Origin: the human T2T-CHM13v2.0 reference genome, Homo sapiens
Direction: 5' to 3' (one strand)
NCBI RefSeq assembly: GCF_009914755.1
Contig: NC_060947.1
Length of the DNA stretch: 64,000 nucleotides
In this document: in pieces, positions 25,570 through 39,157 of the stretch
Position numbering within the stretch: position 1 is the first letter of the stretch
How the letters are laid out: every line of letters starts with the position of its first letter
The notes under the pieces: generated by a model
What the model was told of the DNA's origin: nothing
Databases searched by the model: none
Seen by the model: only the letters and a program-made list of their open reading frames with translations
Translations under genes and position numbers: made by a program

Positions 25570-26560
25570 TCCTGGAGAAAAAACAATCCATCTGTCCATG
25601 GAGGCTAAGAGTTCTAGTTAGTTTTTCTTCCAGTTAACTCCACTGCCTTCTTGCTCTTCAAACCTACTGTTTCTAACAAAGAGGATGATGTATATATTAC
25701 CTTCTATATTACTATATATTTAGATATTCTTAGCAAGATACAAACAATACAAAATATGTATTTGTCTTGCTTAGCAGTCTAGATGAATGCTTCATCTCCC
25801 TTGGTGCCTCATCTGTAGGAACACAGTATCATTGCCTTGTGACACAAGTCTGTATCTCGTATCTCATATCTCAGAACAGGGGCCTCCTTTAGACTGCTTT
25901 CATGGTCTCTATCTCCTCCCACTGCTACTGGCAATACCTTTACTGACACCTCACACATACATCCTGAGAATAGTGGGGTTTAATTTGTTTTCCAAATGAA
26001 TAGGGTTGTCCCCTCCCCCAAGTGGACTCCAGAACAGTGTTTCCTTTCTGTGACACTTCCATTGTTTTTAATGTTCTTACTTCCTTGACGACCCTTAATT
26101 GGGGTCTTTTGCAGACTGAGACTGACTGCCTTTTTCATTTTCTCTTCTGTATCACTAATGACAGTGCAGAATAAAGTGGTACCTAACATTGTGTTCTGCT
26201 AACCTTTCTGCCAGATAGCCCTATGCATTGCATTATCTATTAGTTTTTTTCTGTTTTATGGTCAATTTTCTACCCATTCAAGCCACTAAAAAATGATTTT
26301 CCATTATATGGGTACAAGGTAATCCTGAGACAAAACAAACAAACAAACAAACAAACAACAACAACAAAAAACAGACCTTCAGCTGTGATTCCAGGGTAGG
26401 GTAGTTGCACCAACCCACAGCTGTTATGAAGCCCCTATCTTTATATAGCTGAATTTGATCATTTATATGGACAACAGCTGAATTTGATCATTTATATGGA
26501 CAATGCAGGTTAGTCTTCAACTGTGTATGCTTCCAGTGAGGTTACTTGTACTCTGTGATT
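25570..26560 (+). pseudogene. EBLL N-terminal relic directly after the EBLG (L2-like piece ~26020-26195 inside)
   Basis: YYLLY ~ YYLLF; YHCLV ~ CHLLI; EQGPPLD ~ EQGSFLD; NPQLL ~ TPQALL; IF/AEF..Y ~ IFRAEF..Y. Confidence 0.75.
26447..26503 (+). repeat. Exact 28-bp tandem duplication (period 29)
   Basis: agctgaatttgatcatttatatggacaa at 26447-26474 and 26476-26503. Confidence 0.95.
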
Positions 26561-27444
26561 CAAAAAGTTCTGGTCATTTGTCTAGGCCACAGCATTCCTC
26601 AAAAAGAGACATGATACCTTTCTAAGGCTGAGCCACATTTGCTGTAGAAAAATCTTTGCAATTCCTTTGCAGCAGGGAAATTTTTGCAACTCAAGATGAA
26701 GTGGGGCAGGGCGAGAAGGCTTCTTTGACTGCAAAAGTATCTGAAACGAAGGGTAAGGCCTTTGTGTACTTGTAGTCATCATTATACTTCATGAATAGCT
26801 CTTTCAAATGAATCATATTAATAGATCTCTTAGAACTGGAAGGGACTTTGAGGCTACCTGATGTAGTTCCCTTCTTTCAGCTGAGAACGATATTTCTTTA
26901 ATCTCCATTTTATAGGTGAGGCAACTGAGTTCCACAAAAACAATGCCATTCTGTAGTCTCAGGTTCACCTGAAAACATTGCATTTGACTCTGCCACTGTT
27001 CATACTTAGCCCACCTTTTGATAGTCTGTCTTATTCACTGCTTTGAGCTCATGATGCTCTCCAAAGAGCCCAACCAGGTTGTTACATGCTGTGCCCCTGG
27101 TAGGGAGAATTTTCATACCTGACTCCCATAATTGAGGGCAGATATGACACATTCCTGTTTGCCGATAGAGAATTGTATCCTTTAATGAAGCAATACTTTC
27201 CTGAGCCTCTGGAGCTGCATGTGGTTCTTTCACATGCAACCTGTCATTTTTCCAACCCTTTGATGTATTAAAATATTGTTTCCAGTGATATTTCACAGTG
27301 CACATGTAATTATCAGGTATTGGACTCTAGAATTTGTGTAAGTTGTCCCATCTAATGGGACAGTCTATTCCTTGCTTACACCATTCAGCTGGATGCTAAA
27401 ACTGTTTTGGGAATTTTCACCTACACCCTTGACAAGACTAGTTC

Positions 27445-27705
27445 AGTAAGGCCATATTTGGTCTTTGGAAACAGAAAGAACTGGATTCAAACCTTTTCTC
27501 CACTATGAAACAGTGACCACATAAGTAGCTGTGTTACCTAGGAAACATCACTTTAAGCATTCTGTGCCTAAATTTCCTTATCTTTAATGGAATATTAGTA
27601 ATGTATGTCTCATGGGTTTGTTGAGAGAATAGAGATAATGTACATATGGAATTTAGCTCACATAATGACTACCACATGTAAGGATTTAATACACTATTAT
27701 TATTG
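27445..27705 (+). mobile_element. MIR (further MIR pieces ~26815-26935 and ~28290-28415)
   Basis: tagctgtgttacctagg..tctgtgcctaaatttccttatc..tcatgggtttgttgagagaat. Confidence 0.8.
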
Positions 27706-28414
27706 TTCTCCTCCTCCTCGTCATCATCTCTCTATATTTCAGAGTTGCTATAAGATTCTTAAACAAAATGGTGTAAACTATATAGCAGTTTCTCATCTCT
27801 AGTAGAGTCTCAAAAATAGCAACTCTTATGAGTATAGTTAATTAAAGCACTGGAAATATTAAATGAAGCTGTCACATTTCTTGAACATGGCTTATTTGGT
27901 CACACAGGTGGTTTATCTTGAACAAATAGTACTGTTCAAATTTTCTAATTCAAGTCCACATGTTCCAGCCAGAGAGTAGAGTGGTAAACATCATAGAATC
28001 CTTTAGAAATTGATACTTTCTCTGAATTTTCCCATTAAGTTTCTCAGTTTTCTAAATACAAGACTAAAACACACTCCCAGAAAATAATTTCATTTGAGTG
28101 TAGAACTGTGACAAATGATATCACCAAGGTAGCTAACAAACAGATACACATAATTTTCAAGGCAAGATTTCTAGATGTTCTCTGGTTACTTGGTCTTAAT
28201 TATCCTTTGATGTCAGCAACCATCTGCTCACCCTTTCACATACATAATTACCCAGCCAAACTTGTACACTGTACTGGAAATTTCAAGGGGTTAAGATTAA
28301 GAAAGACCTTGATTCTACTTGCAATCTCCACTACTTGCTAGCTCTATGTCCTTGGCCAAGTCTCCTAATGTGTCTGAATATCAGTTTTCATATCTACGAA
28401 ATTGCTATAAAAAT

Positions 28415-28720
28415 CATTTCCCAACCACTTATCCAAAATCCTTGGTGCCAAATAAGTTTTATAATTCAAGTTTTGTGGGCTTTTTATTTTAAAAATACTG
28501 CATGTTGCATAACACCTTCAGTGGGACAGAACCCGGTAATCAATCACATCAATATTTCTGCAACAAAGCATATGAATAGTTACACTGAGAGTGCCTCATG
28601 TCAATTCACAACAAGTTTTGTCACCAGGCAAGTTTTAGCAACAAACTTATGAAAAACTGTTTGGTCTTCAGAGCTTTCTAGAGTTTGTAATTATTAATGG
28701 TGGACTGAAACTTGTATCTG
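28415..28720. mobile_element. TcMar-Tigger non-autonomous element (MER46-like)
   Basis: cttatccaaaatccttggtgcca start and degenerate inverted end. Confidence 0.5.
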
Positions 28721-30387
28721 ATCACATGAGATTGTTCTAGGGATTACATGAAATGCATTATGTGTAGCAGGGGTCCTGATGAGAGTGAATTGATATTCTG
28801 ACACATCTGGGTATGTGAAGACCCCCATATGTTTATTTTCTTGAGATAATCTGCAGAAGGCAAAAGGCTTTATGCAGAGGAGGGCTGTGTCAGAAACTGA
28901 ATTTGTAGGGATGGAGGAGCAATCTGATAAGATATGATGGTGTTTGTTCTCCAAGGACAGTAACCAAGTTTGAAAGTCTGAGCTAGGGTGGTGGGAGTGG
29001 GTTGTTGGGGAGATGTTGCTGCAGTAAGAAGCTGAAGATGTTTTTCTCACAGGAGCCTCACTCAGATACAGGTTAGAAGCAATATTGTTTCAGTGTCCAG
29101 GTGACAAAATTATAGCACAGAACTGAAAGGGGCATTCCTACCCTTCTATGTAGACCCATTGTTGGTTTCAGACAAAGCTGCCAGAAAAGAGGGCAGCACC
29201 ATTTAAGCCCCTCAGGGATGTGTAGCTGGGAGCACTTCAGAATCCATACTCCCCCACAGTCTAGCGGGGGCCTCCATGTTCCCACAGCCACAGGTACTAG
29301 TACCATCAGTAGCTGGACTGGGTTGGAGGGGCTACCACTATCTTTCATTAGAAACACAAGCTCTGTCTAGTGAAAATGGACACATAACATACCAAAACTT
29401 ATGGAATGCAGCAACGTTCCCTATTAAGAGGGAAGCTGATAGTAGAAAATGCCTACATCAAAAAAGAAGATCTTAAATAAATAACCTAACATTACACCTC
29501 AGGGAACTAGAAAAAAGAACAAACTAGGCCCAAAGTTGGTAGAAGGAAAGAAATAATAAAAATCAGTACAGATACAAATGAAATGGAGAATAGAAAGTCA
29601 GTAGAAAAGATCAATAAAAGTAGGAGTGGTTTTTGAAAAGGTATACAAAATTGGCAAATGTTTAGCTAGACTAAGAACAAAGGAGAGAAGACTGAAAATC
29701 AGAAATGAAAGAACACATTGCAACTGATGACTAAATAAAAACAAATGATCATAAGAATCTACTATGAAGTTATATGCCAATAAATTAGATAACCTAGAAA
29801 AATGGATACATTACTAGATACATATAATCTACAAATGTTAAATCATGAAGAAATAGAAAATATGAACAGACAAATGGTGAGTAAAGACATTGAATAAGAA
29901 ATAAATAGTCCCACATCAAGGAAACGCTCATGGTCTGATGCCTTCACTGCTAAATTCCACCAATATTTAGAGAACTAATACCAATTCTTCTGAAACTCTT
30001 TCAAGAAATCTAAGAAGAGGGAATACTTCCAAACTCATTTTATGAGGCCAGAATTACCTTGATACCAAAAACTGACAAAGACATAACAACAATAAAAAAT
30101 TAACTGCAGGTCAATACCCCTGATGAACATAGATGTAAAAATCTTCAACAAAATACTAGCAAGATAAATTCAACAGCACATTAAAAATAACATTCTTTAT
30201 GATCAAAAAGGATTTATCTCTGGGGTGCTAGAATAGTTTTACATACACAAATTAATAAATGTGATGCACCAATTAAAAGAATAAAGGACAAAAACCATAT
30301 GATCATTTCAATAGATACAGAAAAAGCATTTGACAAAATTCAACATTCTTTCATTATAAAAACTCTAAATACATTAGGTTTAGAAGG

Positions 30388-32849
30388 CACTATGATTTGG
30401 ATATTTGTCCCCTCCAAACCTCATGTTGAAATATGATTCCCAGTGTTAGAGGTGGGGGCCTGTTGGGAGGTTATTGGATCATGGGGGATGATCCCTCATG
30501 AATGGCTTAGCACCAACCCTTTGGTGATAAACGAGTTCTTGCTCAGTTAGTTCATGTGAGATCTGGTTGTTTGAAAGAGTCTGAGATCTCTCCCCTTGCT
30601 CTCTTGTTCTCACTCTTGCCATGTGTCATGCATGTTCCCCATTCATCTTCTGCCACGATTATAAGCTTCCTCAGGCCCTCACCCAGAAGCTGAGCAGATG
30701 TTGGTGCCATGCTTTACAGGCTGCAGAACCGTGAACTAATAAACCATTCTTTACAAATTACCCGGCCCCAGGTATTCCTTTATAGCAATGCAAAAATAGC
30801 CTAATACAGAAATTTGATACCAAGGAGTTGCTGTAAAGATACCTGAAAATGTGGAAGCAGCTTTGGAACTGGGTAACAGATAAAGGTTGAAAAATTTGAA
30901 TGTTGCAGAAGAAGACAGAAAGATTAGGGAAATTTTGGAACTTCTTAGAGACTCATTAAATGGTTGTGACCAAAATGCTGATGGAGATGTGGGTAGTGAA
31001 GTCCAGGCTGATGAGGTCTCAGATGTAAATGAGGAATTTATTGGGAGCTGGAGTAAAGATCATTCGTATTATGCCCTAGCAAAGAATTAGGCTGGATTGT
31101 GTTCATGCCCTAGGGGTCTGTGTGTGTTTGAACCCAAGAGTGATGACTTTGGGTATCTGGTGGAAGGAATTTCTAAGCAGCAAAGTGTTTAAGAGATGGC
31201 CAGGCAGCTTATAACATCCTACAATCAGATACAGGAGCAACGAAATGACTTAAAGTTGGAACTCATATTTAAAAGGGAAGCAGAGAAAAAAAATGAAAAA
31301 CTTGAAGCCTAGCCATGTCACAAAGAAGGAAAAGGTATTTTCAGGAGTGGAATTCAAACAGGCTGTGGAGCAATTTAGATTATCACAACTAAAAGGGAGC
31401 CAAGTGCCAGTGTCCAAGATAATGGGGAAAAGGCCTTGAAGGCATTTCAGAAGTCTTTGGGACAGCTCCTCCCATCACAGGCCCAGAGGCTTAAGAGTAA
31501 AGAATGGCTTCATGGGCCAGGCCCAGAGTGCCAATGCCCCGTGACACCTCAGGAGGCTGCTTCTTGCATCCCTACTGCTCCAGCTCCAGCTGTGGTTCAA
31601 AGGGCCCTAGATACAGCTCGGACCACTGCTTCAGAGGGCACAAGCTGTAAGCCTTGGCAGCTTCCATGTGATGTTCAGTCTGCAGGTACACAGAATGCAA
31701 GAGTGAAGGAGGCTTGGTGACTTCCACCTAGATTTCAGAGGATGTATGGGAAAACCTGAACAACCAGGCAACAGCCTGCTGCAGTAGCAGATTCCCTGAC
31801 AGAGAGCCTCTACTATGGCAGCACCAAGAGGAAATGTGAGGTTGCAGCCCACACTCAGAGCCCCAACCAGGTACTGCCTGGTGGAGCTGTAGGAAGGGGG
31901 TTGCTGCCCTCCATACACAAGAATAGTTGAGCCAGCAGCAACTCGCATCCTCAGCCTAGAAGAGCCACAAGCACTGGACTCCAACCCATCAGAGCAGCTA
32001 CATAGTCTGCATCTAGCAAAGCCACAGAAATGAAACTGCCCAAAACCTTGGGAGCCCATCCCTCATACCAGTGTGCCCTGGCTGGTGGACATGGAGTCAA
32101 GGGAGAATATTTTGGAGCTTTAAGATTTAGTGACTACCCTTCTGGGTTTAGACTTGCATGGGGCCTATTGCCCTTTCCTTCTAGCCAATTTCTCCATTTT
32201 GTAATGAAAATGTCTGGTCAATGCCTATACCGCCATTGTACCTTGGGAGTGAATAAGTTGTTTTTTTTATCTCACAGGCTCATAGGTCTCCAGATGAGAC
32301 TTTGGACTTTGGAGTTGGGACTTTTGAATTAATGCTGGTATGAGTTAAGTCTTGGGGGGACTATTGCAAAGGCATGATTGTATTTTGAAATGTGAGAAGG
32401 ATGTGAGATTTGAGGGGCCAGGGGCAGAATTATATGGTTTGGATATTCGTCCCCTCCAAATCTCAAGTTGAAATGTGATTCCAATGTTGGAGGTGAGACC
32501 TGTTGGGAGGTGACTGAATCAGAGGGGATGATCTCTCATGAATGGCTTAGCACCATACTCTAAGAGAAAAGTGAATTATTGTGCAATTCATACACGTAAG
32601 ATCTGGTTGTTTAAAACAGGCTGTGTCCTCCCCGCTTGCTCTCTTGTTTCCAGCTCTTGTGATATGATGTGTCTGCTTCCCCTTTGCCTTCTGCCATGAT
32701 TGTAAGCTTCCTGAAGCCTCACCAAGAGCAGATGCCAGTACCATATTTCCTGCACAGCCTATAGAACTGTGAGCCAAAATAACCCTCTTTTCTTTATAAA
32801 TTACCCAGTCTCAGGTATTTCTTGATAGTAACACAAGTGAACTAACACA
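30388..32849 (+). mobile_element. Complete MaLR MST provirus (LTR 30388-30808, internal, LTR 32430-32849)
   Basis: Two homologous MST LTRs; 5-bp TSD GAAGG at 30383-30387 and 32850-32854. Confidence 0.92.
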
Positions 32850-34386
32850 GAAGGAATGTATTCAACACAATGAAGGTCATGTATGACAAACCCACAGCTA
32901 ACATCATACTTAGCAGTGAAAAGTTGAAAGCTCTTTGTTTACAATCAAGAACAAGACAAGGATGTCCACTCTTGCCACTTCTGCTCAACCTAGTACTGGA
33001 ATTCCTAGCCAGAGTGATTAGGCAAGAGAAAGAAATAAAAGGCATCCCATTCAGAAAGGAAGAAGTTTAAATGGTTTCTGTTTGCAAATGACATAATCTT
33101 ATATATAGAAAATCCCAGAAACTCCACCAAAAAAAACTCTTGGAAATTATAAATTCAGTAAGGTTGCAAAATGTAGTACTGCTACTATACACTAATAATG
33201 AACTATCCCCCCCCAAAAAATCAAGAAAACAGTCTCTTTTATAATAGCATTAAATAACAAATAAGATATACTATTTAGGAATAAAGACCAAGGAGGTGAG
33301 AGATCGCTACACTGAAAACTATAAAATATTGATGAAAGAAATTGGAGAAGATACAAATAAATGGCAAGATGTTCCATATACATGGATTGGAAAAACTAAT
33401 ATTGTTAAAATGTCCATACTACCCAAAGCAATCCACAGATTCAATAAAATCCCTATCAAAATTCCAACGATATTTTTTCACAAAAATAGAAAAACAATCC
33501 TAATATTTGTGTGGAGACACAAAAGAGCCTAAAGGACCAAAGAAATCTTGAGTGAAAAGAACAAAGCTGTAGGCAATACAATGCCTGTCTTCAAAATATA
33601 TCACAAAACTCTATTAATCAAAACAGCATGGTACTGGCATAAGAATAGATATATAGACCAATGGAACAGAATGAACAGCCAAGCAATAGACCCACACATT
33701 TAAGGTAAATTGATTTTTGACAAAGATGCCAAGACCACACAATGGGGAAAGAACAGTCTCCTTAATAAATGGTGCGGGCATAACTTGATATCCACAGGCA
33801 GAAGAATAAAATTAGAAGCTTCACTCATAATATACACAAAGACTAAGTCAAAATGGGTTGAAGACTTAAATATAATACTTGAAACTGTAAAACTACTAGA
33901 AGAGAATATAGGGAAAAACCTCTGTGACATTGATCTGGGCAATGATATTTGACCTATGACCCCAAAAGCACAGACAACTAAAGCGAAATTAGACAAATGG
34001 GATTACATCAAGCTAAAAATTTCTGCATAGCAAGGGAAACAACACAGTGACGAGACACCCTATGGAACGGGATAAAATATTTGAAAACCATGCATCTGAT
34101 GAGGGATTAATATCCAAAATGTATAAGAAACTCAAACAACTCAATAGCAAGAAAACAAATAACCCAATTAAAAAATGGAAAAAGGACCTGAATTGAATTG
34201 ACATTTCTCAAAACAAGACATGCAAATAGCCAACAAGTATATGAAAAAAGCTCAACATCACTAATCAACAGGGAAATACAAATTAAAACCACAATGAGAT
34301 ATCACCTCATACTTGTTAGAATGACTATTATCAAAAATATGGAAGATAAGTTTTGGTGAGGATGTGGAGAAAGGGGAGCCTATGTA

Positions 34387-36811
34387 AGGCACACCTTCTT
34401 TTATTGTACTTTGTTTAATTGTGCTTTGCAGCTATCATAGTTTTTTTTTTGTTTTGTTTTGTTTTTTTTTTTTTACAAATTGAAGGTTTGTGGCAACACT
34501 GCATACATCAAGTCATTCAGCATCATTTTCCAACAGCATCTTCTCACTTCACATCTCTGTGTCACACATTGGTAATTCTCACAATATTTCAAACTTTTTC
34601 ATTATTCTTATATCTATTATATTGATCTATGATCAGTGATACTACTATTGTAATTGTTTTGAGGCACCATGAACTATGCCCATATAAGATGGCAAACATA
34701 ATCAAGAAATGTTGTGTATGTTCTGACTGCTCCACCAACCAGCTGTCCTCCCATCTCTCTCCTTCTCCCTCTCCTAAGCCCTGCCTATTTTCTGAGACAC
34801 AACAATATTGAAATTAGGCCAATTAATAACCCCAAAACGGTCTCTAAGCATTCAAGTGAAAGGAAGAGCCGCATGTCTCTCCCTTTAAATAAAAAACTAG
34901 AAATGATTAAGCTTAGTGAGAAAGGCATATTGAAAGCCAAGATAGACCTAAGCTAGGCCTCTTGTACCAGTTATCCAAGTTATGAATGCAAAGTAAAAGT
35001 TCCTGAGGGAAACTAAAAGTGCTACTCCAGTGAACACATGAATGATGAGAAAACAAAACAGACTTATTGCTAATATGGGCAAAGTTTGAGTGGTCTAGGT
35101 AAAATGTCAAACCAGCTACAACATTCCCTTTAGCAAAAGCCTAATCCAGAGCAAGGCCTAACTTTCTTCAATTGTATGAAGGCTGAGAGAGGTTAGTAAA
35201 GTGCCAAAGAAAAGTTTGAAGCTAGCAGTGATTAGTTCACGAGATTTAAGGAAAAATGCCATCTCCATAACATGAAACTGCAAGGTGAAACAGCAAGTAC
35301 TGAAGGAGAAGCTGCAGCAAGTTACCCAAAAGAGCTAGCTAAGATCATTGATGAAGATGGCTACACTAAACAATGAATTTTCAATATAACAAAACAGCCC
35401 TCTATTGGGAGAAGATGCCATCTAAGGACTTTCATAGCTAGAGAAGTAAATGTCTGGCTTCAAAGATTCAAAGGACAGGCTGACTCTTGTTAGAGGCTAA
35501 CGCAACCAGTGACTAAGTTGAAGCTAATGTTCATTTACCATTCTGAAAATCCTAGGGCCCTTAAGATTTATGCTAAATCTACTCTGATTATGCTCCATAA
35601 ATGAAAGAACAAAGCCCGGATGACAGCACATCTCTTTACAGCATGATTTACTGGATATTTTAAGCCCACTGTTTAGATACACTGCTCAGAAAATGATTCC
35701 TTTCAACATATTACTGTTTGCTGACAATACACCTGGTCACTCAAATGTTCTGATGGAGATGTACAAGGAGATTAATGTTGTTTTCATGCCTGCTAACACA
35801 ACATCTCTTCTGCAGCCCATGGATCAATGGGAAATTTTGACTTTCAAGTCTTACTGTTTAAGAAATACATTTTATAAGGTTATAACTGCCATGGATAGCA
35901 ATTCTTCTGATCAGTCTGGACAAAGTAAATTGAAAACCTTCTGGAAAATATTCACCATTCTAGATGCCGTTAAGAACATTTGTTATTCATGGGAGGATAT
36001 TTAAATATCAGTATTAACAGGAGTTTGGAAGAAGTTGATTCCAACCCTCTTAGATGACTTTGATTAGGTTTAAGACTTCAGCAGAGAAAGTCAGTGCAGA
36101 TGTGGTAGAATAGCAAAAGAACTAGAATTAGAAATGGAGCCTGAAAATGTGACTGAATTGCTTCAATCTCATGATAAAAATTAAACAGATGAGGAATTGC
36201 TTCTTATGGATGAGCAAAGAAAGTGGTTTCTCAAGATGGAAAGTACTCCTGGTGAAGATGTTGTGAAGATTGTTAAAATAACAAAGGATTTGGGATATTA
36301 CATGAACTTAGTTGATAAAGCATCAGCAGGGTTGGAGATCATTGACTTCAATTTTGAAAGAGTTCTGCTGTGGATAAAATGTTATCAAACAGCATCTCAT
36401 GCTACAGAGAAATCTTTCACGAAAGGAAGAGCCCATTGATGTGGCAAACTTCTCTGTTGCCTTATTTTAAGAAATTTCCACAGCCCCCCAATCTACAGCA
36501 ACCACCACCCTGATCAGTCAGCAGCCATCAACATGCAGGTAGGACCCTCCATCAGCAAAAAGATTATGAGTCACTGAAAGCTCAGATGATCGATAACATT
36601 GTTTTTAACAACAAAGTACTTTTAAATTAAGCTATGTATATTGTTCTTTAGACATAATACTATTGCATACTTAGTAGACTGTAGTATTATGCAAATGTAA
36701 CTTTCATATGCACTGAGAATCCAAAACATTTGTATGAATCACTTCATTGCAATATTTGCTTTAATTGAAGTGGTCTGGAACCAAACCGTCAATATCTCCA
36801 AAGTATACCTG
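34387..36811 (+). mobile_element. Full-length Tigger1 DNA transposon, transposase disrupted
   Basis: TIRs aggcacacct / aagtatacctg with TA TSD; DDE-type peptide [21 protein letters not shown]. Confidence 0.93.
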
Positions 36812-37400
36812 TACACTGTTGGTAGGAATGTAAATTAGTACAACCATTATGAGAAACAGTATGGAGGGTCCACAAAAAGTTAGAAATAGAACCACTATAT
36901 GATCCAACCATCCCAGTACTGGGTATATATTTAAAGGAAATGAATAAATATGTTGAGGATATAGCTGAATTCCCATTATGTGCAGCATTATTCACGGTAG
37001 TCAAGATATGAAATTAGCCTACGTGTCCATCAATGGATGACTGGATAAAGAAAATGTAGTATATATACACTATGGAATACTATTCAGCCTTAAAAAGGAA
37101 GGTATTCCTGTCATTTGTGACAACATGGATGAACCTGGAGGACATTATATTAAAGGAAAGATGCCAGGGACAGAAAGACAAATGCTACATGATCTCACTT
37201 ATATGTGGAATTTTAAAAAGTTGCTTAACTCAGAAGCAGAAAGTAGAATAGTGGTTACCAGAACCGGGGGGCAAGGACTGGGGAGATGTTGGTCAAAGGG
37301 TATAAAGTTTCAGTTAGATAGGAGAAATAAATTCAAGAGATCTACTGAACAACATGGTGACTGTAGTTAATAAGAACATATTGTATTCTTAAAAATTGCT

Positions 37401-37692
37401 GGCCAGGTACGGTGGCTCATGCCTGTAATTCCAGCACTTTGGGAAGCCAAGTGAGGTGGATCGCTTCAGCATTCAAACTCTTGAGCTCAAGAGTTAGAGA
37501 CTAGCCTGGGCAACATGGCAAAACCCCATCTCTACAAAAAAATACAAAAATTCACCAGGCGTGGTGGCACATGCCTGTACTCCCAGCTACAGGCAGAAGT
37601 GGGAGGATCGCTTGAACACAGGAGGTTGAGATTTCAGTGAGCTGTGAATGAAACACTGCATTCCAGCCTGGGTGACAGATTGAGACCCTGTC
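37401..37692 (+). mobile_element. AluJ-type SINE lacking a normal polyA tail
   Basis: ggccaggtacggtggctcatgcc..gagaccctgtc; TSD aaaattgct at 37392-37400 and 37761-37769. Confidence 0.9.
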
Positions 37693-37940
37693 ACAGGGTC
37701 TCAATAGCAAGAGAACTAGAATTAGAAATGGAGCCTGAAAAATGTGACTGAATTTGAAAGAAAATTGCTAAGACAGTAGATTTTTAACTGTTCTTACTAT
37801 AAAAAAAAGATAAGCATATGAGGTAATGCATATTTTAATTAGGTCAGTTTAGCCACTCTACAATGTATACATGTTTCAAAACATCATGTTGTACAGAATA
37901 TATGCAATTATTTATCAATTAAATATATATGTTATATGTT

Positions 37941-39157
37941 ATATATGTCACCTAGAATTTTTCCTGACAGATGATAGACATTTAGCAATGTTTTTAAATG
38001 GATGATATTCTCCTGTATATTTTTCTCCTCCTTCCTTGATACCTGACTGTGAGTTTCTTAAAGGCAAGGAGCATGGATATAGTTCTAGCTTTGTATCTTC
38101 TATGTCTAGCATGCTTCTTGACACACAATAGGTGTTCAAAAATAAAAGGTTGTTCATTGCATTTAATTGATTTTACATTTTAAAATTGATAATACATTTT
38201 AAAGACAAAAAATAAGTCATAAAAATAAGACCATCACAATGAAAAATTACGAAGAAAATAAAATTAAAAAAAATGAAAGTTCCTTAATAAGAGGAAGGCT
38301 TTTGGCTGTCGTGGTCCCCTCTGGATCCCCAGTAACTGAGCAACTGCTTGTGACTAAGAAACGTTTGTTGATCGAATTTGTTGGCAGTTGACATTCACGA
38401 AGAGAGTGAGAGTGGAAGAACAATATGAAAGGACTGTTCCTGACAACTATTAGAAATAACTGGGTAGAGCTTAAGGGGGACTGAGGCTCTCTATTACATA
38501 GGTGGGGATACAAGTCAGTGAAATTTGAGTTATGAAAGTGCATGCCATTTCATTTGTAATCAAGGTGAGGTATGGCCTGAGGAAACTTGAGGCCTAACAC
38601 TTTATAAAGGTTCAAAAATGTCTTCTGTTGAGTTCTGGGTATTAGATAGCTAAGCTTCATGTAGACACCAAGTGGGTCTTGGAAAGTTTCTCATTATAAA
38701 GAAGACCTTGGGGGTGGGGTAAGTGTGGACAAACAAGGGCTTATTCTGGCAAGTTCTCATTGGGCTTAGTTGCTCCATTTGATCTTTGTGATGTTACTTT
38801 GGAAGAAGAAAGGGGCAATAGTCATTGGTTGGGAAAACAGGAAAAAGGAAACCAGTTTTACTTGGATTATTACTATTAAGGTGAATTCATTTGCACCCAT
38901 GCCCTGGCTAAGCATGGGGAAATGCAAGTGATATATGTCAACTATCTAGAATTTTTCCTGACAGATGATAGACATTTAGCAATGTTTTTTAAACTGATGA
39001 TATTCTCCGGTATATTTTTCTCCTCCTTCCTTGATACCTAACCATGAGTTTCTTAAAGTCAAGGAGCACGGATATAGTTCTAGCTTTGTATCTTCTATGT
39101 CTAGCATGCTTCTTGACACACAATAGATGTTCGAAAATAAAAGGTTGTTCATTGCAT
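37941..39157 (+). repeat. ~220-bp direct duplication (37941-38160 and 38931-39157)
   Basis: Both read atatatgtca..ctagaatttttcctgacagatgatagacatttagc..aaataaaaggttgttcattgcat with few differences; includes an L2 3' end. Confidence 0.95.

Larger units (their letters stand above)
26582..29350 (-). pseudogene. EBLL relic (approx. L 600-1250), interrupted by MIRs and a DNA transposon
   Basis: Reverse: DGTSTC/AVGT ~ DGVTCAVGT; RLW; GH/LK; YQFTLIRT ~ FQLALLQT; PENI*KSCLE ~ PERQIRRWIE; LKDTILYRQ..PQL..KILPTRG ~ VRDTLVLHQ..PHL..RFLLEKG; DDY. Confidence 0.85.
29350..37925 (+). mobile_element. L1MA-type LINE-1 (ORF2 and 3'UTR) hosting nested MST, Tigger1 and Alu
   Basis: ORF2 peptides [38 protein letters not shown]; L1MA 3'UTR gatgttggtcaaagggtataaagtttcagttagatagg. 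Confidence 0.92.

Noticed and set aside
35693-36004. Transposase ORF as a domesticated TIGD-like gene
   Set aside because: The Tigger1 frame has many stops and frameshifts.
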